A stretch of 64,000 nucleotides of DNA from Zygnema circumcarinatum SAG 698-1b. Its lineage: Eukaryota > Plantae > Zygnematophyceae. Of this stretch, positions 36,147 through 50,094 are shown piece by piece. The notes under the pieces are model-generated. The model made no database searches. It saw only the letters and a list, made by a program, of their open reading frames with translations, and was not told the origin of the DNA. Made by a program: the position numbers and the translations under genes. Position 1 is the first letter of the stretch, and every line of letters begins with the position of its first letter. The stretch lies in the NCBI GenBank assembly GCA_037447605.1, contig CM074819.1, forward strand, positions 310,001-374,000, in the 5' to 3' direction.

Positions 36147-38635
36147 ATGGGCGCGTGCGCGTCCGCTCCGCGCGGGGGCGAGGGCGGCCCCGTCGGCGGC
36201 GGTGGCCATGGGCGGGCGGGGGGCGGGCTGCGCAATTTCAGGCGGCGCGAGCTCGAGGCGGCCACGCGGCGCTTCCGGGACTCGGCGCTGCTGGGGCAGG
36301 GCGGCTTTGGGAAGGTCTACCTCGGGCAGCTCAAGGCGCAGGAAGGCGGGGGCGCGAAGCTGCCGGTGGCCGTGAAGCGGCTGAATGTGAACCATTGCTC
36401 CGGCTACCAGGAATGGCTGGTGCGCTGCCGGGGGGCTGCGGGGAGGGCTCGTGCCTTTTGTCCTTTGTGCACGCTCCTGGGGGTTCTGAACGACACTGAC
36501 TTATCGGGATGCTGGGCGTTGGATGGAATGTCACAGACTGAAGTGCTCATTCTCGGTCGTCTGAGCCACAAGCACCTCGTGCAGCTGATTGGCTACTGCT
36601 CAGAGGGCGACGACGCCATGCTGGTGTACGCGTACGCTCCGCGCGGCAGTCTGGACAAGGCGTTATTCAGCGCAGGTCAATCTCAGACAGCCCCTTCAGC
36701 CAGATACTTCGCTGACTCCTGTAAAACGTTGAATTCGCTGTCCTTTTCTCCTTAAACAGCAACCATGTATTGGACGTGGAGGCAAACGGTTTGCCTTCGG
36801 ACCGGGCCGCGGGACTGCTTGCTGCTTCCGTAGGTTCATGGTTCTCTTTTGTATGGAAGGTTAGAAAGCGTTGCAAGTGAATGAGGGGTTGACATTGCAG
36901 CCCGGAGCCTTTAGAGTAACGCTCGCGACGCGTTGCTGTTGCTATAGCGCGAGTTGGTTCTTACAGAAGCGCGTCAGAGGGTGAAGCAGCGCGGGGCATG
37001 TGCCACGCTGGGCGCTCTCGCGGAGCCGCGCATGGAGATATGAATAGAGATTTCTTGGACGTTTGGAGAAGGAGTCGGTAGCTTTCTTCGACGGGGCTGC
37101 ATTGCCCTTGATCCAAGTGACTGTAGGGGCTTATCTCTTGTTGAGTTTTCAGTGCCTATGGCATGGCGGAAGCGGCGCCTTCCACTCAAATTGAAATTGA
37201 CGTGTCCTTTTCGCCTGGCAGATGACTTGCATGTGCTTTCTTGGTCACAACGAGTAAAGATTGCACATGGCGCAGCAATGGGGCTGGCTTATCTTCATGC
37301 GCGGAACATAATCCATCGAGACTTGAAGTCTTCAAATGTCCTTTTGACAGAGGTAAGCATCCCTCTCTCCTTGCATACAAATTTCGCGTTACGTTTGTTT
37401 GAAGGAGGGTTTAAGTTTGTCTTTCACCTGCCAAGGATGTGTGCTGACGTTTGTAGTTTCATCGTGCTTCTTCTCAGGACCTTACAGCGATGCTGACCGA
37501 CTTTGGGCTGGCCAAGACAGGCCCCCGCGGGGACTGTACCCACGTGTCCACCCACGTGAGGGGGACCATTGGGTATCTTGATCCGCTCTACCTCCTTACT
37601 GGTGGGAGGGCTTTCCTGTCCTTTGAAATTCCGTTAATTGTTTCGATCTGGAAATCCAGTCGGCACCGTCGTAACCGTCGTAACCGTCGTAACCGTCGTA
37701 ACCGTTTCCAAACCAGCCCTCGGTATTGAAGCTCGTTAGCTTCGATGTTTCGTCATTTATCGATGAATATTGGCATGTCACAATTTTTCATCGCACATTT
37801 CCAAACCATGAATCTGCCAGAAAAAGGATAAATTCCCGCCTTGCATCTCAGAATGCAGATCGTTAGAAACCTAGTCTGCCGTTGTCTCCCGCTGCTTCCT
37901 TCATTGCTTTGTGTCTTGTGAAGGTGTGGTAGAGTGGAGAGCTGTATCTGGCAATTCCTTGCCACGTATGAGTGACACGTGTGTGAACTTCTTCTGCTGA
38001 TGAGAAACTGTACAGGCCATCTCACGTTCAAAAGCGACGTGTATGCCTTCGGCGTCCTGCTGCTTGAGCTGCTGAGCGGCCGCCCGGCGGTGGGCGTGCA
38101 GCGGTGGGCCGCGCCGCTCCTCCTCCGCAGCGGCGGCTCTGCGCCGAACCTCGCCGCCCTCGTGGACCCGCGCCTCGCCCTCGCCCGCGGCCGCGCCTTC
38201 TGCAGCGCCTCCGCGGGGGCCCTCGCGGCCCTCGCAAGGGACTGCCTCGCGGAGGAGGAGGACCTGCGGCCGACCAGTGCTCAACTGGCAAAGCGAGTCG
38301 GAGAGGCGTGGCAGATGACAGTGTGTGGGGAATCCACAGGAGGAAAGTTGCAGAGGGGTGCATGCGTCGAAAGCGGGATAGCGCAGGAAAATTTTGAGGG
38401 GAAGGGGGTTGTGGTGGAGGGTTTGCGTTTTGGAAATGGGGAGAGAGCTGGGTGGGGAAGCGACGACCATTTTCCCACCGCGGTCATGTTTCACAGCGAC
38501 TGCGGGTCGCCCGACCTGCTGTCGCTGGAGATGGGCGACTCGTTCCCCTCGCCCATGAGCTCCTTTCTGCAGTCCAGCTCGGAAGATGCCTTTTCGCCGG
38601 TGCCTATGCCGGTTGGGTTTCGCGTGCGCAACTGA
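36147..38635 (+). CDS. Receptor-like cytoplasmic kinase, RLCK-VII (PBS1/BIK1-like). Exons approx. 36147-36419, 36537-36673, 37221-37351, 37478-37601, 38016-38635
   Basis: MGACAS N-terminus; [56 protein letters not shown]. Canonical RLCK intron positions; Ser-rich C-terminal tail. Confidence 0.92.
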
Positions 38636-39735
38636 CCTCACTCAGCTTCGTGATGTCTTGGACGAGACAGGAGGGCGATTCTGTATTTTTTGTATTATTG
38701 TGTTTTGGTTACAATTACGTAGCTGTTACAAATAAGGCGGGGTTGTATTGCCACTCCTGTGCCAGTATATATGATGGCACTTACACAGGATTGTGTGTAG
38801 CAATAACTGTTTGTGGAGTTAGGCTGGAGTAGCGAGGTCCATCTTGGCTAAATACTCAAGTGGATGGCAGTCTAGTGAGATCCTCCGTTGCAGTGCGCGC
38901 AGCATGCAGGGAGTCCATAAACAGAGGCAATTTCCCCCCAGCGAAAGATTTGTGCTCTCACGTGTTCACTGTAGTCGCGGAACTTGGAATGATCGTCCCC
39001 CCTGCTTGCCCGCGCTTGAGATCCGCGTCAGCTATCCAGAGAGGAGCCGGACGGGCAGACATGCTTTTTGGTTGGCCTGGCGGCACGCCGCTCCCTGATG
39101 GGATTAAGTGCGATCGATCGCGCATGAGCTCGTTCAGAGTGTGTTGGTTCCCCTTCGCGGCATCCCGGCTTCTGCCTCGAGTTCTGTGCAGCCATGTAGC
39201 CGCCACATCTCACAGTTACTCGACCTCTGAGACGCACCTCTCTGGCTGCACCTCTCGCATACATAGTTCTCTAGAGTCGCTCCCCACGATTTCAAGCTGA
39301 CTCGTCCTTACTGCAATGGACAGTTGTCAGATGAGCGAACGACGTCATCTCTCTCGCCCAGCACAGCCCAGCCCCGGGCAGTCGTGGTTTCTCGAGACCG
39401 GCCTGCGGCCGTACTGTATCTCTCTGTACGGAGGCGCATGGCCGCCCGGCGGGCCCTGTCGCGAGCTCCTATTGGTGCCGTACATATACCATACGATCTA
39501 GAGATTCTATGCGTAATTACCGTACAACGGAATATCGTGACCCATGTTCGAAATCCGTTTCGATTAACAGGTTTTGTATTGAAGAATAAGTCAGGTTAGG
39601 TTAACACCCCTAACACATTAACACTGACTAAGTGCGGAGACAAGTGGTTTCCTCCAAATCAGGGCGAATTTCTTGGGTAACGAAAGTCCTCGGGTGGAAA
39701 ATATTTGAGGGGGTACAGTACTGGAAACAGAAGGC

Positions 39736-42700
39736 TGTAGCACAAGATAAGTGGGGTTAAACAAAGACTGCTGAGCTAGCTGCAGGTGCTGTTCGGCCAC
39801 ACGCGCGTCCGTGCTGAAACTAATGAAGGGTTGGGTTGGTTCTGTGGGTCTGCCTGCAGCATAGAGCCAGGATCCGGGGGATTCAGAGGTACGCGCAGCG
39901 GAAGACGTAGGGATCCTGAAGATGTTCCCACCGGCGGCTGGACTCGATGCGCGAAGAGCCCTTCCTTGGGGGCTCTCTTCCCCTATCCTCTCCTTGGCCA
40001 GTCTCTTAGCTAGGCTTCTAGTTATCATCGGTCATTGGAATAAGCGTAGGGCAGATTAGGACAAGATGGCAGCTTTGCATAGTGACAGCAAAGGGAAAAC
40101 AGTGCTCAACTTAGATAAAGGTTGCATTTTGGAAACTCACCCCAGCCAGCGGTTGGCTGGGGAATGTCATTACAATGAAATTGTCTTCTCACTGAAATCT
40201 TTGTCTAGCTGGGCTGAATGGGACGTCTAAATGCGATCAGCAAGAAGACTCTTTCTCTCTCTCTCTCTCTCTCTATCTATGGCATGGAACTCTCTCTCTC
40301 TCTCTTACTCTTACTTAGCATCTGTTGCTGTAACTGAAGAGCAAGGAAAAAAGAAGAAAGAAGAACAAGAAGACAAACCACACAGCAAATACAAATACTA
40401 AGCCCAAAGACTAAAGACAAAATAAAGATCACCGCATATATCCCATCTATACTTAACACCTAATAATAGATCTTGAGGTCCTAGTGCTGGATACCTCCCC
40501 GATACCCAATGCTTCCACCTATAGTACCCCACCACTACGTGGAGCCTTCGGATAGGTCAACGTAATGATAATCGCCATCGGGCGGTGTTCCCGAAAGTGC
40601 GCCTTGGCTGATGGTGTGTTGCTCAGCGTAGGGCCGCCAACGATGGCGCTTTCTCTCAATCTCCGCTGGTAAATCTCCCTGATTCGCGATCTCGCGATAC
40701 GGCATGGCGGTGCCGGCATACAATTGAACTGACGCGATCCGCTGAACGCGAAGCTCCGCTACGCTACATCCGTAGCGACATGCCGGGAAAATAAGCGCAC
40801 GTACGCGAGGAAGAAGAGACAAAGGCAGGGAAGGGACCAGATGACGCGGATCGCGGACCGCGCTGAGAGAAGTCTCGGCGTCGCCTCGAGAAGCTTCCGC
40901 ATATCCGGAAATGGGGAGCATCAGCGCGGATCAGAGGTGGAGGAGGAGTAAGACAAAGTCGAAATCGAAATTTACTACCGACAGCGCAGAATGTGGGCTT
41001 AAGCGCAAAAGTGGCTGAATTAGAAATGGACCAATGAGGAGTCGCCATGTCGGGTACGAGGGGAGGTCAAGGCTGCCGTCGCGAACGCCACCATCGGGAG
41101 GATCACGTGGCAGATCTAATGTCGATCCAGTTGTGAACGCCAAGTGTTTTGCACTAGAGTCGTGGCCTTCCTAAATGATAGCCCAACCCGATCTCCGACG
41201 GACCGACACAAATGAAGGCCCAACCTACCGAAAGCCCGCGGAGTCGGTTTGCGCAAGAGCCCCTGCCGAGCCGATGTGGTACGCCCACGGGCGGAGGAGT
41301 GGAAGATCGCCGCACGCTTCCCAAAGTCGGGTGAGTTGTCGCCTGTGGCGCCGGCCGAGGTGATGGGAGCTACGGAATCGTATTTCAGCTTTGACGAGCC
41401 GGCGCCGGGCGACCGGATCCGGGATGATGCTACAGATGTAGCGTGAATCGAGCTGGGCGTTTCACGGATCCGCTGGGTCCGCTCAATCAGGCTTCTGGAT
41501 ATGCCTTCCGCGTCACTGACAATCTAATCCGTGAGTTGCCAACTGAGATTGAGTATAAGGCGCCATGCGCGGCGCCCACGGTCAAAGACACCATCCAAAG
41601 AAGGCGCACCGGGAACACCGCCGTGAGGCCGCCGACATCATTCGCTGACCTATCCGGCGGCTCCACGAGGTCACGCGTCTCCCAAGGCCAATCGGGGTGG
41701 ATCACAATGCTAGGACTCAAGATCTATTGTCAGTGTTAAGTAGATGGGATGTCAGTGATGCTTTTTTTGTCTTTTAGTGCTGGGCTTAGTATTTGTATTT
41801 GCTGTGTGGTTTGTTGTCTTGTTCTTCTTTCTTCTTTTTTCCTTGCTCTTCAGTTACAGCAACAGATGCTAAGTAAGAGTAAGAGAGAGAGAGAGAGTTC
41901 CATGCCATAGATAGAGAGAGAGAGAGAGGGAGAAAGAGTCTTCTTGCTGATCGCATTTAGACGTCCCATTCAGCCCAGCTAGACAAAGATTTCAGTGAGA
42001 AGACAATTTCATTGTAATAACATTCCCCAGCCAACCGCTGGCTGGGGTGAGTTTCCAAAATGCAACCTTTATCTAAGTTGGGAGTAATCGCTTTTCCCTT
42101 TGTCACACTATGCAGTCACATCTTGTCCTAATCAGCCTTACGCCATTCCAATGACCGATGAGATAACTAGGCCCGCTAAGAGATCGCTAAGGAGAGGATA
42201 CGGGAAGAGAGCTCTAAGGCGGGAGCGGTTCTTCGCGCGATATCGAACGCCGTGGGAACATCTTCAGATCCCTACGCTTCGCTGCGCTGCATTCTCTCAA
42301 TCCCCGGATCCGCTCTGCGCCGCAGTGTAATCTAATGTAACCAACCCAACCTTCATTAGCTTCGCAAGACGACGCCAGCGCAGGTCAACAAAGACTGCTA
42401 GCCTAGCTCAAGCAATTTTTGTTTAACCCCACTTATTCTGCATCGGTTTGTTGTTTGGCATCCACGCATCTTTGATACGCGAGGGTGCCGATCCCGCGGA
42501 TCCGGTGTCACAGCCTGCCATGGATGAAGAGCGCCGCGTTGAAGAGGATGTAAGCGTGATCTTCATCGCGATCAGAGGAAGACTGGCACCAAGAAGAAGA
42601 AGAACAAGCGATCGGAACCGAGATCTGATTCAGACTGCAGGAAGAGGCAATGAGCGAACAAAATGTGGGCATCACCGGCGAGAACCCTTATCCCAGCCTC

Positions 42701-45700
42701 AAGCTTACCTTGAAGCAGATCGAATGACAAGAGCCGCAGCCGACCGGCTCAGTACCGATGGCCACCAACTCCTCACTGGCAAGATGCACGCCAAGATGAT
42801 CAAGCCGCGCCTGCCCAGTCAGCCGCTACCACCGGGCCGATGCCGCGGAAGAGAGGAGCACCACCAACCCAGGTCCCCCACGCCCCACGTAAACGTAACT
42901 CCACGGGTCTCGGGCCGATAACTACCGCACTGAGTCCTTCTGCTAATCAAGTACCAAGACGCTACCCCACAGCCAGAGCAAGGAATCATCGAATACACCC
43001 TCACTGCTTTCACGACTTACCCATCCTACAGAGTCTCCGTGCGAAGCGCTTAGTAAGGGCAGACGACGCAAGTGACCCTCCAGCCAAGACCAACCTCGCA
43101 TGTAAGCACACGAGTCGATCCGAAGTTTCAAAGAAGATGGAAGAGATGATGACCAAATTGATGTAAAATTTTGATTCCTCAAAAAGAGTGAGGTGAGGGA
43201 TAACACCCGCATCATCACTCAGAGAGGGCTTCCACCGGCAAAGCGTGAAGATGCGGTCTTGGCCGGTGACACCTTTGAGGAGAAGGCGCTACAGTGCATC
43301 CGGCTGAAGACAAAGGATCGCTTGCTCGGAGCTCGAAGCGCGAGGCAGCTTCAATCGGAAGCCGCCCGAAATCGCACAAAGCGTATGTCGCCGCCACCGA
43401 CAAGGGACACATTCAAGCAAGCCGCGACAACGCGGATTTCGACCGACACCGCGGCTAGACCGACTTCAAGCATATGTGCACGCTACGTTGATGAGCGGCC
43501 GCTTAATTCACCGAGCGCTTTTGCGCGCATGGCAAATACGACGAGAATCACCGACTTTTCCGAAGTGCTCCGCTGGTTCCGCTAGTGCCATCGTACGAGA
43601 AGGATCTCCACTGATCGTGGACGCGCTGACAACCCACCAACAGATGCCCGTGCCTTGTTGTAAAGGGCGAGCTTAATCCGTATGATCAAGAGAGGCAATC
43701 GACATGTAATGACCACATTACATGAACGCTTACCGATCCAAGACAAAGAGACTTTGCCTCTACCAAATAGCCTCAAGACATGAATCAATAGCTTGTTCGG
43801 ATCCCTACGCTTACATCTACTCTAACAGTAGCCTTCCTTCTCCCGCTGCCACAGATTATCCTGCGCAGGTGCCTATTATAGCCAACACAAACAAGCCCCT
43901 TCCCCTTTCCCCATACCCTCATGATCCGGCGCATCCCATTGAGCCGGCAGTGAATCCTCACATACCAGATGTCTCGCGTCCAGGATATCGGGCTCCTTAT
44001 TCCGATCGCACGCCCGAAGAGAGAGAAGCTGCCAGGGCCGATCTGCGCCGGCGGATGACAGAGGCAGGGGTTCCAGAGGGCGTCTGTCTGGCCTGTGGCC
44101 TAACTCACAATCCACGGCCTGCGTTGCGGACCATGGACCTGCACCTTCTGCCAGATCACGGGACATGATGCCCGTGTGTGCATGCGGAGACTCTCAAGTG
44201 AGAAGGCCCGAAAAGGGAAAGAGGCAGCGGCAGGGAACTCACCTGCCGAGATCACTTTCATGGATATGCTCCCGGCTGCTCCCACACCATCAAGAACACC
44301 GGCTCCCTTTCGCCCGACGCCACCTCCTTCACCCGCTTACACCATCCTGCAACGACCACCTATCCATCTGCACCCCATGGACTCCCCTTCCCCGTCAAAC
44401 GTATTGGGTGCTGCGCCCGATCCTGCTGCCCGATCACGCACCGCCCAGGTTGCCGCGGCATTTCAACCGGCTTTGTCANNNNNNNNNNTGACAAAGCCGG
44501 TTGAAATGCCGCGGCAACCTGGGCGGTGCGTGATCGGGCAGCAGGATCGGGCGCAGCACCCAATACGTTTGACGGGGAAGGGGAGTCCATGGGGTGCAGA
44601 TGGATAGGTGGTCGTTGCAGGATGGTGTAAGCGGGTGAAGGAGGTGGCGTCGGGCGAAAGGGAGCCGGTGTTCTTGATGGTGTGGGAGCAGCCGGGAGCA
44701 TATCCATGAAAGTGATCTCGGCAGGTGAGTTCCCTGCCGCTGCCTCTTTCCCTTTTCGGGCCTTCTCACTTGAGAGTCTCCGCATGCACACACGGGCATC
44801 ATGTCCCGTGATCTGGCAGAAGGTGCAGGTCCATGGTCCGCAACGCAGCCGTGGATTGTGAGTTAGGCCACAGGCCAGACAGACGCCCTCTGGAACCCCT
44901 GCCTCTGTCATCCGCCGGCGCAGATCGGCCCTGGCAGCTTCTCTCTCTTCGGGCGTGCGATCGGAATAAGGAGCCCGATATCCTGGACGCGAGACATCTG
45001 GTATGTGAGGATTCACTGCCGGCTCAATGGGATGCGCCGGATCATGAGGGTATGGGGAAAGGGGAAGGGGCTTGTTTGTGTTGGCTATAGCCAGAGGCTG
45101 CACCATAGGGGCTGCCCGGATGTCCTGAGCAGTGACGCCGGAGAAGGAAGGCTTGTTCCGAGTAGATGTAGCGTAGGGATCGAACAACTGTTGATTCTGT
45201 GTCTTCAGGAACTGCTGGTAGAGTCGATCTTGTCTTGGATCGGTAGCTGCCCATGCACGTGGTCGCATTACGTCGATTGCCTCTCTCTCTTTATCCTTCA
45301 ATTCGCCTCGCCTCTTTCTAACAAGGCCCCGGCATCTGGCCGGGTGGGTTGTCGCTAAACCACGATCCAGGCGAGATCCTTCTCGCTGATGGCCTGGCGA
45401 ACCACCGGAGCACTTCGAAAAGCCGCAAGTTCTCGATCAGATTTGCTACGCGCATTGTAAAGCGCCACAAGTGAATTCAAATGTACCGCCATCATCAGAA
45501 AGCATTCTATGCAGCTAAGCCTGCCTAGCACAAAGGATCGGATCTGAATCCAACGCTGGTTCGAAAAGCCATTAACGTGTCCTTGTCGTGGTGGCGTAAT
45601 TTACATCTGTGCCAGTTCTCGGGACAGCCTTCCGCTTGATCGGGCCGGGCCTGCAGCCCAAGAGCAAGCTTTGATCCACTCGGTCTTCCTTCTCAGACTG

Positions 45701-46226
45701 GCCAAGGCCGCTTCTCTCCTCAAGGTGTCTCACCAAGACTCGTGATCTTCCCGCTGTCGGTGAAGCCTCTAGTGATGATGCCCGTGGTATCCCTCACCTC
45801 ACTCTTTTCAGGAATCAAGGCTATCAATTTGGTCATCATCTCTTCCATCTTGCTGGGAAACTCAGATCTGACTCGTGTGCTTCTGTGCAGGTTGGTGCGA
45901 AAGCTGGAGGGTCCTTGCGATCGTCCTGCCCTTGCCCCCGAAGCCGCTCGCCTGGGGCTGCCGGATGGGTAAGTCGNNNNNNNNNNTGACTGACTACGTG
46001 GAGCCTTCGGATAGGTCAACGAATGATAATCGGCGGCCTCTGGCGGTGTTCCCGAGTGCGCCTTGCTGGATGGTGTGCTGTTCCGTGGGCCGCCAACGCA
46101 TGGCGCCGCCTTCTCTCAATCTCCGTTGGCAACTCCTGGATTCGTTGATCCGTGACACGGAAGAGGCATATGTCAAGTACAATTGAACGGACGCGGATCC
46201 GTCGAACGCAGCTCCGTTACGCTACA
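39736..46226 (-). mobile_element. LTR retrotransposon complex: LTRs TGTAGC...GCTACA, gag with zinc knuckles, internally inverted
   Basis: LTR copies at 39736-40768 (-), 41437-~42430 (+) and 45987-46226 (-, cut by a gap). AGGC flanks both outer ends (4-bp TSD). Gag CLACGLTHNPRLRC..CTFCQITGHDARVC occurs on both strands either side of the 44479-44488 gap. No RT seen. Confidence 0.72.
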
Positions 46227-46681
46227 AGGCGCTTGTACGAACAAGTGCACATCCCCACTGGCAGGCAGGCGGGCAGGTGCCGTACGGCGCGGCGCGGCGC
46301 GGTGCTCGAGCCCGCGGACGGACCTGGCGGACGGATCGGTATCCCGCAGCCTGCGGCGCGGAGGACGCTGCGCGGGGCCGTACGACGCGCCCCGCGCCGT
46401 ACTGTACCCCTTTGCAGCTTCATACCGTACCGTACCGTACCGTACGGTCGGGTCGTCTCGTTTCCCTTTGTTTCGCCGCGCGGCCCTGCTCTGGCTCGCT
46501 GTCCGAGGGAGGCTTCTGCTGCGCCTTGCTCTGCCCGCTTTCTCTCCTCCCAGACTTGCTCGCCCGTCCCCTTGACTTCGCTCTCTTCCCTTGCTCTCAC
46601 ATCGTATCGTATCATATCATATCACCTCGCCGCGTCTCCCTCCTGAGCTCGTCGGTCATCGGTTGCTGGCAAGTGCGAGTC

Positions 46682-49600
46682 ATGGGGTGCACGATATCTC
46701 TTCCATGGAGCTATGGGGAAGATCCACCGCAGCGGAAGGGAAATGAGTTGAAAGAGATGAACGGTAATGGCTGCCTCTCATCTCCTCCGCCGGTTGGTAA
46801 ACGCTTTCACTCCATGTCAAATCTCTGTCTCCCAACATATTCTTGCATTGCCAATGTTTCTCCAGAAGCATGCTTCCCATTGGAGAAGTGCCATAAGCAG
46901 TCGATTTCCAAACCACTTCAAGCTCCATTGTCGAGGATTTGTTTCTATTCGCTATCTAGCTCGCCCTTGCCCTTGAGGAGGATGAGATAGGAAGGCTTTC
47001 ATATAAATGTACCTGATATTTGATATCAGGTACAACCGATCAAATAATTCACCGCGGGCATAACAACCGCGGGCTTCTTCCGGGGCATTGAGTGTAGTCG
47101 AATTTTCCCACGCAGTCCGTTCTTGTGAAGTGAGGAAAGACAAATGCGCCCTGCCTTTGTCTCCGGAATTTGCACAGCATTTTGCCGTTTCTGCAGGTGC
47201 ATGTGGTGGCTGGAGCTGCGGATGTCCTGTAGAAGTTCTTTCTCTTCTCCCTTCCCTACTTCTCCCGCGTCTCTTTTTTAGCCCTGCATCTTCTGCTGTT
47301 TTACCTGATTTGTCCACTCAAAATGTTGAAGTGTGCATTTTGTTGTTGCGAGGGCGCTTACGGTCATACGCTAAACATGTTATAAAATAGGCATCTTTAT
47401 TCTTTGTTAAATTCCATAACAATGACGAACGCAAAAGGCAAGGAATTACGCAGGAAGAGTGGACGTGCGTTGAAGTGATAATTGCTCGCCAGTGAACGTG
47501 TGCCAACCTTCATCATCGTCATGAGTTTCCTTCTTTGAGGAATTTTGGATTATTGTACACTCCCTTAGATGAAGCTTTCCTGGAATCTTTCTCGGTTGCG
47601 CAATTCAGTGAGCTTTTTTGCTGTAAGGGAATGAAAAACCCCGTTGTCCTTGTGTTCTGAGCCGAGTAGCCCGAAACGTGGCCCCTGCACTGTGGTCCCC
47701 GGTTGCTTGTTGGCAGTTTCCGACAGCGTATTTCTTACAGAGACGCCATATCTGATTTACATACCTTTGGAATTTTCCTTTCAGACGCTTTTCGAAGTAC
47801 TGACCATGAGTTCGACTCCAGACATTTCATACTCTTGGATATCAGGGTTGGATGCTGTGGGCTTAGCTCTAAGCTTGAAAATTGAGATGAAAAGGAGCTC
47901 GTAAAATCTGCTTCCATTTTTCATGAATGCTGGATAGCACTTGAAGCCCACCGCAATCTCAGACAAGCATAAACCATGTCGCATCTGCCGACTTTGCTTT
48001 GTAGGTTCCTTTCGGCGTGCCTCAAGTGTTCGGGATAAAAGCTATTACACCAGCTCATCAATGTTTCCTCGAGTACCAGCTCGAAAATATAAGCTGCAAG
48101 AGCTGCAAAAGGCAACGTCGTATTTCAGTTCAAAAAAGTTGCTGGGAGAAGGGAGCTTCGGGAAGGTGTACAAAGGCGTCATCCTTGAGAAGACCATTGA
48201 TGGGGCCATAGTTAATCGGCTTGTCGCAGTAAAGCGACTCAATCCGGAAAGCTTTCAAGGATACAAGGAATGGCTGGTGAGTTTTAGCCAGGCAACTCGC
48301 GTGCGGCTGTTCCTGGAAATAAACCTTACTCTCCTTTGGAAACAAAGGTGTCCTGGAGGTTCCAAGTTTTGCACAGCATTGCTTCTGCTTGTTGGTCACT
48401 GTTTTGATGGGGGCATTATGCACGAGACAGGCTGAGGTCCTTGTTCTGGAAAAACTACGGCACGAGAACTTGGTCCAGCTCTTGGGGTATTGCGGAGAAA
48501 AGGGAGAGGCCTTGCTCGTGTACGAGCTGTGCCCTCTGGGCAGCGTCGACCAGGTGCTGTTCAACGAGGGTGAGCTCACCCACTCTTCTGCTTCCTGCAC
48601 CACACTTTGCTTTACTTCGGGAAAAGGGCAGAAGCGCAGCAAGAAGCCATCGATTGAGCGGGCAATGGCGCTTCTACTTGGAGCATGATGGCTGGGCAGC
48701 AATGAAGATGGAGCTGACATGGGACCGCAGAGTGAAAATTGCGCTTGGAGCGGCGAGGGGCCTCCGGGCATTGCATGAAAACAATGTGATCCATCGGGAT
48801 TTCAAAGCATCCAACATCCTGCTGGATGAGGTGCTTTGCTAACTCTGTCCTGCGCTTCACTTCTTGGAGTTGCCCTGTCAGAAAAAAACGAAGTAATAAA
48901 AAAAACCCAACGTTTCCCTGTCAGTCTACGATAGTCTATTTTTTCGTGATTCCATTGCCGACCTTTCAGCTGGAGAGATGGTTGGCGCATCGGGCCGGGT
49001 TGGAAGCAGGACTACAATGCGAAGTTGACCGATTTTGGACTGGCAAAAGCGGGGCCGGACGGCAACCAGACGCATGTGTCCACTCGGGTGCTCGGAACAA
49101 TGGGCTATTTGGACCCCACCTACGTTGAAACAGGTGCGAGACTGCGCTGCATGCAGCCGATATCGCGCTTCATTCTTGCTGTCGCATTAGGTCTGGGGGT
49201 GCTAGGAAACAAAAGTTGGGACAACAGTGGCAAACTTACATATTGTTAGAAAATGGGATGGAGTCGATGGAAAGTCTTTGCAAAAAAGTGTTTTTAGGGT
49301 TTGTAGGGTTTTTAGAGTAGACCGGCATGATAAGGATTCGCTTGGAATAAAAAAAATGGTTTCAGAGACTTTTTCTTACCTGGTATATTTTATTTTTCCA
49401 TTGCGATTGTCGCATCATTCATGCATTGTCATATACACTGCGAAAGTGCGTGTAGTTGTTTCAAAAGCTTACTCAGTTTTACGGGTTTTTCTACTCTTTG
49501 GACAGTAGCATCCACGTATGGTTTAAGCTTGATTGAGAGGAATAGGACAAGGGTCTCTGTTGCAAAGGGGATAACTTGGAGTAAATATCTCATGCTTGAG

Positions 49601-50094
49601 TTGAGAGTGCGGGAAAACCGCAGTAAAGGACAGTAAAGTGATTTAAAGGTTGGAGATGATCGTGTGCATGATTACATTTATCGGGACGCTTCCCCAGTCG
49701 TTTTTCTTTTTTTTTTAAGCGACGATAAGAATGTACATTTCAAGGAAAGATGGGGGAAAGGGTTGCAGGTCATTTGACGAGAAAAAGTGATGTATATGGT
49801 TACGGCGTGCTGCTGTTGGAGATTCTGACGGGGAAGAAGACGGTCGGCGACAACGGGTCGATGAGTCTGACCACGTGGGCGAGGCCCTATCTGGGGCAGC
49901 GGCGGCCCGACATGAATGTGCTTGTGGACGAGCGCTTGGAAAATGACTTCTCGACAGAGGAAGCCATCAAGGTGGCCGTCATAGCCAAGCACTGCATAGA
50001 CAAAGACCCGACCCTTCGGCCGGAGATGACGGTCATTCTTGAGAGCTTCGAGGGCATGGCGAAAGCTCGCCAGCTCGCCCGCAACGGAGTGTGA
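46682..50094 (+). CDS. Second RLCK-VII kinase. Kinase exons approx. 48004-48276, 48432-48569, ~48685-48830, 49010-49133, 49770-50094; N-terminal exons uncertain
   Basis: MGCTIS start; [86 protein letters not shown]. Same intron positions as the first kinase. Confidence 0.92.

Noticed and set aside
41175-41436. Possible chromodomain-like peptide (WYAHG..EEWKIAARFP) before the + LTR
   Set aside because: Frame-broken and too weak to call without an HMM search.
49280-49320. TTTAGGG-like words (ttttagggtttgtagggtttttagag)
   Set aside because: Only 2-3 degenerate units in an intron; insufficient for an interstitial telomere call.
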